Shown here piece after piece: positions 1 to 12,877 of a stretch of DNA of 64,000 bases (the stretch's first letter is position 1; each line of letters starts with the position of its first letter). Location: positions 32,612 to 96,611 of the forward strand of contig NW_002060979.1 of NCBI RefSeq assembly GCF_000150275.1, read 5' to 3'. Position numbers and translations under genes: made by a program. The notes beneath the pieces are model-generated. The model searched no databases and was not told where the DNA came from. It was given only the letters and a program-made list of their open reading frames with translations. The DNA comes from Trichoplax adhaerens. Taxonomy: Eukaryota > Animalia > Placozoa.

Positions 1-388
1 ACAGTTTTCACTTTAAATTTTGCGAGTATGATGCTATTTTATGATAGATTGCTCAAAAATTCAAGAAAGTGCATCTACATATGAATCGTCTTGAGAGATT
101 TCTGTATATTTCAATGTTATATAACTATTGATCGCCTATAAAATTGGATTATTTCACACATTTGATTCTTATGAATTCATCAAGACCAAGTACTACAACC
201 TGAGAAAGGTCCAAGTTCTAGTGATAATGATCGTGATGTAAACGAAGAAGAGGTGACAACGGTAAATATTGATACGGTATCTAATGGATTAATCGCTATC
301 CATAAAATACACTAATGTTACGATTTGAATACCTGCAAGTAATCCGCTTTGATTTCATGGATAGATAATATAATTTACTATTTTATAG

Positions 389-1106
389 CTATGAGAAAAA
401 AGCAGTATTTTAACACATACATGAAAGCATTAGAACAAGGAAGTTACCGAAATAACCTAATACGTGCTATGTATGCCGGTCCTTGCTACGTCGGTAAATC
501 ATCCATTATGAAGTTATTTACTCAACAAGACCTTGTAAACCATCAATCTTCAACGCAAACTGTTGATGAGTCTGATATAATGGTCGATCTTGAAGTTTAT
601 GGCATTTATGATCGCAGATTATATGATCTTAGTCACATTTTGGATGCTAATATTAAGGCGATTATTGCATCGTTAGTTAACACTCAAGAGACAATTCAAC
701 ACCATCGGTTACAACCTCAGCAGATTCTCAATCAAAGGTAGGATATCCGTCAGTAAATATTGATAGTTCATGTCTAGCTGATATGAAGCTAGATACTGCC
801 AGTACCTCAGCGTTTGAATCATCAGATACTTCTACAACATCTCCTCACAGTTTGTTAGACTTGCAATAACGCCAAGATGTCTTTCTGCATTATTTTTCGT
901 CTGTCCTAAAAAAAAATGAAGATATTATAGGCAATAGTCAATATGCTAAAATATGGGATTTCGGTAACCATTCTATATATTACGCTACTCAGTACCCGTT
1001 TCTATCGGGGAATGGTATCTATATTCTAGTATTTAATATTACTCAAAATATTAACGATAAAGTCCAGACAAGAGATGATGATATATCATTAATCAACGTT
1101 GAAAGT
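389..1106 (+). pseudogene. Roco-family (ROC GTPase domain) fragment, apparently disrupted, running into an assembly gap
   Basis: P-loop GPCYVGKSS and switch-I-like QSST in ORF 349-741. After a frame change near 738 and TAA at 867-869 it continues YAKIWDFGNHSIYYATQYPFLSGNGIYILVFNI, matching the ROC pattern (WDFgGq..YyatH..F). Splicing around the lesions cannot be excluded. Confidence 0.65.
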
Positions 1107-2807
1107 ACTACTACAAGTCTGCTAATNNNNNNNNNNNNNNNNNNNNNNNNNNNNNNNNNNNNNNNNNNNNNNNNNNNNNNNNNNNNNNNNNNNNNNNNNN
1201 NNNNNNNNNNNNNNNNNNNNNNNNNNNNNNNNNNNNNNNNNNNNNNNNNNNNNNNNNNNNNNNNNNNNNNNNNNNNNNNNNNNNNNNNNNNNNNNNNNNN
1301 NNNNNNNNNNNNNNNNNNNNNNNNNNNNNNNNNNNNNNNNNNNNNNNNNNNNNNNNNNNNNNNNNNNNNNNNNNNNNNNNNNNNNNNNNNNNNNNNNNNN
1401 NNNNNNNNNNNNNNNNNNNNNNNNNNNNNNNNNNNNNNNNNNNNNNNNNNNNNNNNNNNNNNNNNNNNNNNNNNNNNNNNNNNNNNNNNNNNNNNNNTTA
1501 GCTTCTGTCGTAGCATAATTATCCGTGAATCATAGCACTAACAGCAGGAGTACCAATAGTTCCCCAGTAGGATTATGATCAGCACGTAGCGCAATTGGTA
1601 ATAGGTAGTTATGATAATATGGTGATAGCTAATGGTGTAATAATCACTGCTTTATCTAATTGTTACGGTGCCTTGTCACCGTAATATACAGTAGCATGAT
1701 CTTATCTGATCCAGTATAGCAATTGGGGTTTCCATTATTCCTTAGGGTAACGATGACGAAGGCGAAGTGATAACTAAATCTTTGGAAAGTATATATGGAT
1801 AGTATAAAAGCAAGAATAAGGGTGAAAAAGATGTCAATGTCTCGATCTCATCGCCTTTTAAATCAGAAAGGACTGTAAAATTAAGAAATTAAAAAAATTA
1901 GTTTGAAATAATACAGTAATTAATTATATTAAACTAAATGAATTAAATCGAATTATACCTACAAAACAATTAATTATGAAATAACAGTGTGAATATCAGC
2001 AAGCATAGAATACAATTCTAGGTTACCTTAAGAAGTCTAGGCATATATTTTAATGGCTTATAAATTTCATTTTATGATCTATTAGTTAGTTTTTATACAT
2101 TACGAATAACATTGATTAGTATCGTCTTCCGATACATGACAGTGTTGCTACAATCTGTTACTTCTAAAGCACTAGCCGCTATTTTTATTTGTTAAGTAAT
2201 TTCTTTACGTTCTCTATCGTGTTGATGAAGGAAGTGCCATCTAGATTCTCAGCTTAATTATTTTCATTAACGCTGATATTATCATGTATTTCTATTCATT
2301 CTTTTTTATTTCATTGATGAACTCAGAATACTCCAAGAGTATAGGCAAGCGAAAGAGAGATAGAGATTTTATCATATTCAATTTACTTTTTATTCTCTTG
2401 TAGTTGTTCTGTTGGTTAATCAATGAAAACCTATAATTTGATGCTTAATATTATATTGACCAGCCGCGGCGATGCTCAATTATTTTCAAAGCACATGCTT
2501 ATCGTACATGTACGCTATACTACCCGATATTTTTACCCATATTTACAAGAGTGCAGGCCTAGTGTAAGGTACAGTAATTGGTTGATAGCTATCATATATG
2601 AACAGATCGTGACAGTAGAACTCGCAAAGATGATACACTCGTCGATTTGTAATCAATCCGTAGTATAATTTATGCATAATGAATCCTCATACTCCATCCT
2701 TAATATTGTGATAGGTTTAGTATTTACTGTAGTAATCTTAGTTCCCTAATCTAAAACCTCAATAGCCGGTATGTGAAGCATCAATTTTAATAAAAAATGG
2801 AAAGCAA

Positions 2808-2813
2808 TTTATT
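2808..2813 (-). terminator. Candidate polyadenylation signal of peptide gene 1
   Basis: AATAAA on the minus strand about 270 nt after the stop; weak evidence in AT-rich DNA. Confidence 0.4.
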
Positions 2814-3080
2814 AATAGAATCAAATGCAGCAATTGACTTTCCGATATCAAATAGTTATCAATACATCTAAAATCACAAGATATAATCAGAATTGTGAAA
2901 GTGACATTATCGTAAGTATTAATTTAGGAAATAATTGGATGATTAAGTTTACTACTAATACACTAATGGGAATCTGTCTACACAATCTACTTAATTTTAT
3001 TAGTCAATCTTCACATAAGCTGAACAAATAGGTATCGACATAGAGTCTCTTAGCAGCATCAAGTGTTCTTGGATATTAGT

Positions 3081-3144
3081 CTATTTTCCTATGACCGTGC
3101 GAACTGCTCGGAAACCAATGCGGGCGTATCGTCGCCAATGATGT

Positions 3145-3179
<35 letters not shown>

Positions 3180-3631
3180 TCTCCACCACTTGATTATATA
3201 AAAAGTAACAATACGCAATCAATTAAATTTATTTACTATCCTAAATTGGTTCTTGTAATTTATTAACACATATTAACGCATAGATTTAACATACGCTCGA
3301 TGAATTATGCTATAAAGGTAATTGCATATTATTACATGATGAAGTTTGCACTCATCAATAACGACAACTGAAAATAGTAAAGTTGAAATAGATTTTTATT
3401 ATTAACCGCAGTACTAACCGCTTTTTTCATTTCTTGTAAATTCTCTTCAAAATCTTCTTGCTTTAATTCTTCGTCGGCCATTCTGGCAATTTCCTTATCC
3501 TCTTTGTTTTTGTTTTCAAAGTTGTTATTCATCATCTCTTGCAATTCCTTCTCAGTAATTTCTTCTTCAGCAGTACAGTATGTAGTAGCCACAAGCAGCA
3601 AAGCTGCGATTAAAATTAACTTCATATTCAT
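3081..3631 (-). CDS. Secreted cationic (antimicrobial-like) peptide precursor 1, 106 aa; coding exons 3631-3419 and 3188-3081
   Basis: Signal-like MNMKLILIAALLLVATTYCTA, then a 50-aa acidic propiece ending EMKKA. Donor GCG|GTTAGT at 3418 and acceptor AATCAAG|TGG at 3189 (phase 0). Last exon WWRRRRRRRRRRRRRHHWRRYARIGFRAVRTVIGK-stop. Confidence 0.9.
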
Positions 3632-3944
3632 GATGCACTGTCTAGATTGATTCAGTTTTAATAACACATAATCGAAGATATTAATAAATAAATACCTTAT
3701 TAAATATTTATACAATACTGAAGTTAATCTTAAATTGAAGTTGTACAGTCAGTGTTAATATCAAAATGAAACACGTTAGAAATTAATAATATCCATATAG
3801 GCAATCCAAATTACAATTTAAAATTGCACACGAGTAAATAATGTTAGTAATCGTCAATATTCACTGAAAGATCACTTTACCTAGATCCACGATGTCGGTT
3901 ATCCTGTTAAAAGCAACACCAGATTAATTACAGAAATGAACTTC

Positions 3945-3951
3945 TTTTATA
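3945..3951 (-). promoter_or_regulatory. TATA box of peptide gene 1, upstream of a short non-coding exon
   Basis: Minus strand GGG-TATAAAA-GAAG. Donor CTAG|GTAAAGT at 3880 and AG acceptors just before the ATG at 3631 define a 5'-UTR intron. Confidence 0.6.
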
Positions 3952-6900
3952 CCCTAGGGAAGCATGAATTATAACAATAGAAATATATATTCGATTATTA
4001 AAACTTGAAGCAATTAAATATAGTTTAAGAGTGGGTTGGATAAGAAACATAATGATCTCAGCAGGGGTTATATGTTATTATGCGGCTGTGCCTATGTTTC
4101 ATATAATGATTGAGAAATCCGGTTTTTTATTATTTAATTGCAAAAGACTGATTTTATGCATTTTTAAAGTAATATGCATTTGATAATAATCTCCGGAGGG
4201 CGATCAAGTTATGGCTGCGGGCATTCAATTACTAGCTATGGTATCAATTTAAGTGCGTTATTACACTAAAGATACATTGTATGAGTATTTTTCAATTATC
4301 TTGATTGTATAATAAATGAATTATTATCTCATTTTTAACTAGTATATATGCTAGGTTAGGCTTACTAAGACAATAATTTTACTAACTAATAAACTAATTT
4401 ACAAAGTCATCAAATTATTGCCAATTTTATAAAGCTGATACAATCGCTTTCACTTAGAATGATTCCTTTACTCAATTACGATACAAAATAATTCGTTAAA
4501 ATTTTAGTTTTTCAGCTCTAGATTATATTTTCTTGCACTTAAACTACGGCAATAGATAAAATATTGGTCTCAGGGGATTAATAAAAATAACACGAAGCAA
4601 CAAGCGTAAATAACTTAAAATGATCATGATACATGAAGGTAACCATATTCTTTAAACCTAGCCAATAAAACGAATAACTACCAGAAAGCCGTTATTGAAT
4701 CATGGATTTTTTTATCCCTTCATGATTATGCGAGTATATTATATTGGATGAATAACGGGCGGTATTATTTTAAGAAAAATAGGAGCCCTACCAGTACACA
4801 AACAAGTCCACAGCTATAAAATGTTGTTGAAATAGTAAGACAAGTTATTGAATTGATAGTGATTACTTCATACACTTAGAAATAATTTAAATCAATACGC
4901 AATTATATTATTATAATTTAGCCACCCATTTTTCAATTAGAATCTATTGACCTTATAAAGTAATCGTTAAAAATAAGTGTAAGTAAAAAAAATTAGTCCA
5001 TAATTTAATAAAGATCATCTTAAAACTGTCCGAGAATAAGTTACTTCATAGACTGAATACAGAAAAACGATATAATAGCAAATTCATGATTATTGTGGCT
5101 GTTCTTTAATCATTAATAATACCGCTATCGCAAATTATTATTTACATTAATGATGATAAACGCTGGTTTTTAAATGCCTCCCTCTGCTTTACTGTTAGAC
5201 TACTACAACATAATGTGATTCAATTACCGATGTATATTATGCTAGTAAATCATAGCATAAGGTAATATTTTTATTCTTTTTTTGTTGATTCCGCCTGGAT
5301 TGAAAAGAAAAAAGAGCTATAATTATTCATCAGTTTCCATCGTGGTTGTAAGCCGGAATGATAAGATGATAGGCACACTATCTGATTTCCTTAATGACTT
5401 GCTATAATTATTTACTCAACATCAAGGACACACAAGTCTATTTTAGGATCGAAATAGTAGCATAATATTATCAAATTATATCTAAGACGATGATCATCAT
5501 TCTCGTATTACATCATTGATGGCAATCAATTCATGCTTGGATTACAGTATGTGTCAATCAACTCAATTATAGTCGATAGCGATAAATGTTGTAATTTACC
5601 CAATTTATGAGTATACATCCATCAATTGATTAATATTGCCCTTTACCATAATAATATATGCATCTATAATATAGAATCATTATCTTGAATGAATGAATAA
5701 ATAGGCGGCAACTTCAATCTAATATAAAAATATAAACTAGTTTGTTAGCTGTAATTTAAATCGCAGAAAACTAATTGGATAAAATTGATGAGAAAGAGGG
5801 CTATGACAATAAAATACTAGTTGTTGTGGTCACCACTTTAATAGTGCTATCATGCATGGTTATACGCTAAGTCAGGAAATGTCGTGAATTTTCTTTAATT
5901 TTCTGCCTATTTCGTTTTGAGTTATTAGCAAGAATGGCTATGATTATATTTTACGTACTCTTAGCATATTATATGTATTTCATATTGTACGCCTTCGATC
6001 GACGACAATCTATTCAATTTTATATAATAGCATACAATTCTTTTACGTCATTTGCATGCCTGTGGCGTTGTTAATAATTCTGCATTTGTTATTTGTAATT
6101 CAATGCAAGAATAAAATGGTATCATTGATGTAAGTTGTTAATCAGAAATAAAGTTCTACACATAATCTATATTTAGTCTAGAATCAGGTAAAGATGAAGC
6201 AGAATGAATGGTATGCATTAATGATTCAAAGAAATCAGACAAAAATAATCTAGTATATTTGTAAATAGAGTTATTTGCTAGAATAAGAAAGCTATTAAAC
6301 TACGCTAATGGAAGCAAAAAGCAACCTGGAATCTGTTCGATTTTTGTACAGTTTACCAGATTGATACAGAATCCGTTATTGAACTGATAGAACTCGTAAT
6401 AAAGTTATCTTGTGCCAAAAAGTTGGAGCGAAAACGTTTATCCAAGAATAGCTTTAAACCACAATTGTGCAAGCCTAAAGAAATCGGCATATAAATTGAA
6501 TGATTGACTTGATGAATAAGACAGCTTTACTGCGTAAAGATTCCGTGATTATTGTCTAACTAATAGGCTAATTGTGGATACAAATTTAATTCCTAAAAAC
6601 TGGCCGATCATAAGAAATCGATGTTATACCCCCTGTTAAGGATTAGTTAATTAAGAAGAAAGTAAATTCAATAAGTAATCTATTTATATCTCAAGTTCAA
6701 ATTACATCTGAAGGGGTCGAATAACGTTAATTGAAATCGTGAAATTGATGATTCAAGAATAACGTCATATCGATTTCCCGAGATTATTCTTTAGAAAGCG
6801 TTTCTGAAAATTTTAATTTCTAGAAACACATTAGTTGTATGAGGAGATGATTTTATTATTCAATATATTCCTCGAAATTGACTATTTAACTTGTAAGAGA

Positions 6901-7099
6901 TGAATCCAGCCACTTATGCATTCTACTGTGCTTCTTAATGCTACTATGACGCTGATTTGTAATCATGAATCGTTGGACTATTCCGCTACCTATAACATTG
7001 TTACCTACTCTGCGAATATTACAGACTATATTCCAAATACAAAATATTCAACAGTTTTTATTAGTCTAGAAATAATCTAATCTTCATCGTGCAATTTCA

Positions 7100-7600
7100 A
7101 TTTTGCCACCTTAATACAGTAATCAAAACGAAAATTACCTAGACACAAATTAGCACTTATCACAAAGGATAATATCGTATAGCAGTCAAAGCGATTGGCA
7201 GTATGAAGTTATTAATTTAAACATCTGAATATGGAAAAATATCATCAACTTGCTACAAAAGGCTTTCCTGTAAGGATAGGCTTTTGCTGCAATCAAAAAC
7301 AAATTTGAATCTATAAAATCTACCAAACACTATTTGAAGTGCCCAACATTAGATTGCTAACTTATGCTTATTCTAACGAAATCTTAGAACAATAAAAGTA
7401 TTATGTAACGCCAACTACGCCTCTAAAAGTTAGCTAAATTATCTTTTAGAAATTGCTTAAGCAAAACCAAACTTCCGTCCTTATTACATTTACAGTGTGA
7501 AATATACCAATCAACACTATCAAATGCGAATGCATGAATACACCCTGTTTTCATGGAAAAAAGAAATTAACTATCCTACGGATTTCACCATTCGGCTCCT
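7100..7600 (+). repeat. Diverged ~500-bp repeat, copy 1 (copy 2 at ~11140-11615)
   Basis: Collinear shared blocks such as aacttgcta..aaaggct, aaacaaatttgaa, ttttagaaa, atgaa.aca.cc.gttttc and ccattcggctc. Confidence 0.65.
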
Positions 7601-10062
7601 TACTTTCATAATAATTATAGAATGGTTTTTACAATAAGAATATGCAATAATTATAAATTTACGTAAATGATGCTAATTGTGAACATTTGTTACTGTATAA
7701 GTGTATATGACTATCCGATGCCGTAACTTACTGTAAGCAACATGTGGTTCCATGTCAATTAAAGTAAAAAAATGATACTGCTTATTTTACCAAGGCCATG
7801 TGTATTTAATAAACCAATCATCATAATTGAAGTTGTTAATTTCTATCTTCTNNNNNNNNNNNNNNNNNNNNNNNNNNNNNNNNNNNNNNNNNNNNNNNNN
7901 NAACCCTTATACGAAAACGGATATGTCGCAAACTAGATTTGAATGTAATAAGAGATCTTGCTCTAGAACACCAGTGACGATAAAGGCTAGTCTAACAAAT
8001 GACTAATTACATTGTTCAATAAACTGAATTACAATCAAATGACTCATTATACTGTATATTATGACTATCATCCATGCCATTGCTATTCACTTTCATTACT
8101 CTAGTGCAAGGATTACTTAAATATAGTATAATCAAAGCCGTCTGTATTCTTGAATCAACTATTGATCAACTAACATTTTCCTGTTGTCTGATCGTGTGAC
8201 AAGTACGCGTACTTGTGATGATAGGTGATCAAATCGAATCTTATACTAGAGTCTATCGATGGGGCAGAAATAGGACAATCATCCATGATTCCTGTTAGGA
8301 ATTGATAGCTGCTTGAAGATTATTGGGATAAACATTTTCTATTACAATATCATGGATAAGGTAAGTAAGTTATGACAGTACTAATATAATTCGAATGGAA
8401 GATGAACCGTAGACATTACCACAACCTGTTTTGAGTATTGCTATAACTAAAAGAAGTAAGGCTGCAATATTGATTGGCAATTTATCCACTAATCATCCCC
8501 AAAATATCGCTAAGCACTGTTAATTACACGTCGATTGGCTTACACTGATAGCATCCCAGTGATTGCTCTGTTGATGCAGAATGTAGACGATATAGATCGA
8601 TATAGATCAAGTGCAGGTGTTGATATCACTACCCTGCGCAATTTGATTTCATTCTCTCATTAGTGGCACTTAATTCTTTCAATTTCTTATATTGAGAAAA
8701 TATAGGATTATGGAAAAGAGGCATTGACAACGACTTCACTCTATCGTGTGTAATTATCCTCGATGTTTCTTGCATCGTAACTTGCAATCAGCCATCGCTG
8801 TCGGTACGGAAGATGAAGAGGCCAACCAGCATCATTATGACAGAGGTAAACAGACAGGTAATATAATTTACTAGATGTAATCTACATTGCAGAAATAGGA
8901 TTATCATCACCATTATACTATTCAAGGTATTAAAGTAGAATTGATAATGTCAATTTTAACTAATTATAGATGGTTAACTTTCCAAGAAGACGGTGAAAAA
9001 CACAAGGAATTACTAAACTATAACTGACTAAAACAATATATTCAACCGTTTTCTCCTAGAAGTAACTCTCGTAATAGACGATAAACTGTCAGCGATTTGA
9101 GAAAAAAGTGCTATACGAAGATCTACAGCATAGTCTTGCTGACTATATAACCAAATTTTTTATCATAGTGATATCATAATGATATATTTCTTGTAAATAG
9201 TACTAGATACCATCTTATTGCCTCATACGAACTTAGAAAAACGGATACTAAATTAATGCAACCCTTTCAGCAATTCAGTAATGAAATCGACGCCTACTGC
9301 GGGTATCATTAGCCGGTTGAAGACTAGTCTCTAGTCTCTACAGCATTGCAGTGTGTTTAACCTAGATTTCTGGGTTTAGTTCAGTGGCTTCTGTTATAAG
9401 TCATTTGTAACAATGATACTCGATAGAGCCTGAGATAGCTGCTGTATCCTATGTTGTATTAGAGTGCCTGCATAGTTTATTATGTCATAATTAGGGAAAG
9501 ATCCTTCAGGCTATTTATAGCTGAAATAGATCATGCAGATGCATATTGCAATAAGGCAATGTGAGCAAACTTAAATGCGGTAAAGGGCGAAGAAATTATA
9601 AAGATTCGTAATAATAAATATACAAAACCTAAGATCGAGGTTGATGTTCTTGTTTTAAAGTACGACGGTAGAAAAGAAAGTAATTATCCTTGATGTGTGA
9701 AACTTGACTAGATAATTTTTGGATCATATTAATTGGGAGATACACAAGTCAGTTTTAATGAACTGGCATGAATAATAATCGGCTTAGATAACGGAAACAG
9801 GCGATTAAGCAGTTTGCTGTTTTGATTATAATTATACTATGCATCGATAAAGTTAATTTTAAATGATTATCACCATAACGATACATTGAAGATCGTCGAT
9901 TTTTTTCTGGCTAAAATGTAGGTATAATACTTAATACAGTCTATTACTTATTTATGCTCATGCAATATCATAAATTAGTGAAGTGATACAAGAAATAATT
10001 TATCTTAACGTGAAAATCAGACAATAAAATTATCTACTACGCTTGCAATTTATAGTTCTGTA

Positions 10063-10758
10063 GATTGACTAGTCAAAAATAAAAAGGAACAACTGGTAAG
10101 ATCGGCGAATTTATAATTATACATAATGAAGATAATCAAGAATGGCTGCTGCCATTAAAATTGGCGGGCGTTGTAACATATATATAACACGTGATTGTAG
10201 ATGCTTTAGCCAATCGCATTAGCGTACATGAGTCTTTAGTTTGTATCGTATTGCGTAGATATAAAAGCTGTTAACTATCCTAAGGCCGCTTGAGGTAGAA
10301 TAAATTAACTCTTAAAAATATCTAGCTAACGGAGCTACATCACTATTATCCTATTTACTAATCTCCCTGGCACGTATCAGAAATATTACAGGATTGACTA
10401 GTCAAAAATAAAAGGAACAACTGGTAAGATCGGCGAATTTATAATTATACATAATGAAGATAAGCAAGGATGGCTACTGCCATTAAAGAATCGTATATAG
10501 CTTTTTCTTCTTTTACCTCTCTGGAAAATTGGCGGGCGTTGTAATATATATAACACGTGATTGTAGATGCTCTAGCCAATCGTATTAGCGTACATGAGTC
10601 ATTAGTTTGTATCGTATTGCGTAGATATAAAAGCTGTTAACTATCCTACGGCCGCTTGAGGTAGAACAAATTAACTCTTAAAAATATCTGGCAAACGGAG
10701 CTACATCACCGTTATCCTATTTACTAATCTCCCTGGCATGTATCAGAAATATTACAGG
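10063..10758 (+). repeat. Recent tandem duplication (10063-10391 and 10392-10758)
   Basis: Near-identical units starting gattgactagtcaaaaat and ending gaaatattacag; the second has an extra ~40-bp segment near 10488-10525. Confidence 0.95.
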
Positions 10759-11139
10759 CGTCATAAATTTTAACGTCAAACTACAATCCATTGAAGCAGG
10801 TATGATAATAGTGTCCGAGATTGAAGTTTAGNNNNNNNNNNNNNNNNNNNNNNNNNNNNNNNNNNNNNNNNNNNNNNNNNNCGAATTCGATACACTCTTA
10901 CAGAGATTAGATTTACGAATTAAACTTTATAACGTTTTCCTTTATCTTCCATATTCAGCACATATGGTAACTTATGGTTTCATATTACTTTCTTATTCGA
11001 TTTTTCAACCGGATAATAATTTACGGTATTCATACGCCAACGAGTGATAATAGAAAGCAATTGCTAATTTTTTTTAATTGTCAAGCTTTAACTTTCTAAG
11101 CAATAGCCAAAGTACCTTTATCCAAAACACAGTGGTTCA

Positions 11140-11615
11140 TTTCTGCTATCTTAATATCACAACCTGAAATGAAAATTGCGACACAAAAAGTCGAACCTGT
11201 TGCAAATGATAGCTTTAAATCACGGCCGAAACAATTAGTAAAATCAATTTTTCGATTGAAATATTTGAATATAGAAGGCACAATGTATGGTTAACTTGCT
11301 ATGAAAGGCTACAACCACAAACAAATTTGAACTTATAGAGCTATCAATCGTTCGTTCCTTAAGCATCAGAGAATAGACAGTTGGCAATTGATCCTTACTC
11401 TAATAAAGTTTTAATACTAAAACATTTTATAACAGCAACTGCACCTCTAATTATAGACAAAATTGATGTTTTAGAAAACTAAGTAAGCAAAAAATTGTTT
11501 TTCTTGCAGTATAAAATATGGCACAGCAATCAATATTATGCAATGTAAATCCATGAACACATCCAGTTTTCTTGTATAAAATAAAATTACTGCACATATT
11601 TAGCCATTCGGCTCA
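11140..11615 (+). repeat. Diverged ~500-bp repeat, copy 2
   Basis: Collinear similarity to 7100-7600. Confidence 0.65.
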
Positions 11616-11799
11616 TTTGTTAATTAAAAGTCATGATATCTCGTCAAATTTGTATTAAATAAAATTGTATACGAAAAACGATATCGTAAGTTAACATTTA
11701 TAGAGAGATCGAAATTAAGCTTGTACTATTCTGCAGCAATATTAAGTATTCAGGAGATTATAACTATTAAAAATTGCCAATGACAGATGTTCTCACAGG

Positions 11800-12465
11800 C
11801 ATTTATCGTGAATCATTTCGATATTTATGCATAGTACTACATAAGCGCATTTCTACGAATCGTATAGGTTTACAAAGTATCTTATGTAATCGATACTATA
11901 TCTGTTACGGCCAAAACCCGAAGTCCGTATCTATTTGGAAAGATACTATAAAGATCTTAGTTAAACGCATGCTACTAAAAAGTAATTTAAGTGATATCAT
12001 GAAGACCAGGAATCATCGTTAGTCATTAACTTGACTAAACTTAATTGTGAATATTTTCCAGTATTTATATACAGTACTATATAAGTGCATTTCCAGAAAT
12101 CTTATCGATTCATGAAGTAGCTTATAGAATCGATACTATGTCTATTTGGAAAGACACGAAAAAGGCCTTATTAAGTACATACAACTAAGAGTAATTTAAG
12201 CGAATCCATAAAGACTAGGAACCATCATTAGTAATTTAGCTTGAATAAACTTTATTTATGAATAATTCCAGTATTTATATAGAGTACTGTATAAGCACAT
12301 TCTTAGGAATCGTATCAATTTGTAAAGTAACTTTATAGAATCGGCACCATATCTATTTGGAAAGATATCACAAAGAGCTTATCTAAGCTCATATGGCTAA
12401 AGAGTAATTCGATATTATAAAGACTAGGAACTATCATTAGTAATTAGCTTGGCTGAACTTGTTGG
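11800..12465 (+). repeat. Degenerate tandem repeat, three units of ~210-240 bp
   Basis: Recurring tctatttggaaaga, aagac.aggaa..atc.ttagt and agtact..ataag blocks. Confidence 0.85.
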
Positions 12466-12877
12466 TATAACAATTATTCCTTGGAAAAATTGATTGGAGA
12501 ACTATCAAAAACTGATTCGAACATTCAAGGCCATGAATTCATCGTATATAAAACGTTTATTTTGTGACCAAAAAAGAAGACTAGGATCAGATACAGGCAA
12601 TATCAGGTACATAACGTAAATAACATATTATTACTGAAAAATTTTAATTTGATATTGCAATTATACACTACTTCGTCTAGCCATGAACTAGCAGTAATAC
12701 TTTACGGATCATTCAGTTTTAAACTACTGTTAACAAGATGCGATAAAATAGCATTTAAATATTCTACATTCTTAGCTTAGCAAAATATAGACAGTATACG
12801 ATGCTTATCTGTCTTGGTTACTCTCTAATTTTAGGAAAATGGACTTTATAAACTAGTTTAATCCTGTAGTGAATATT

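Noticed and set aside
1043-1516. 157-aa ORF
   Set aside because: Artefact of translating through an N-gap.
3063-3266. Plus-strand poly-Thr ORF
   Set aside because: Antisense shadow of the poly-Arg exon; the splice signals support the minus strand.
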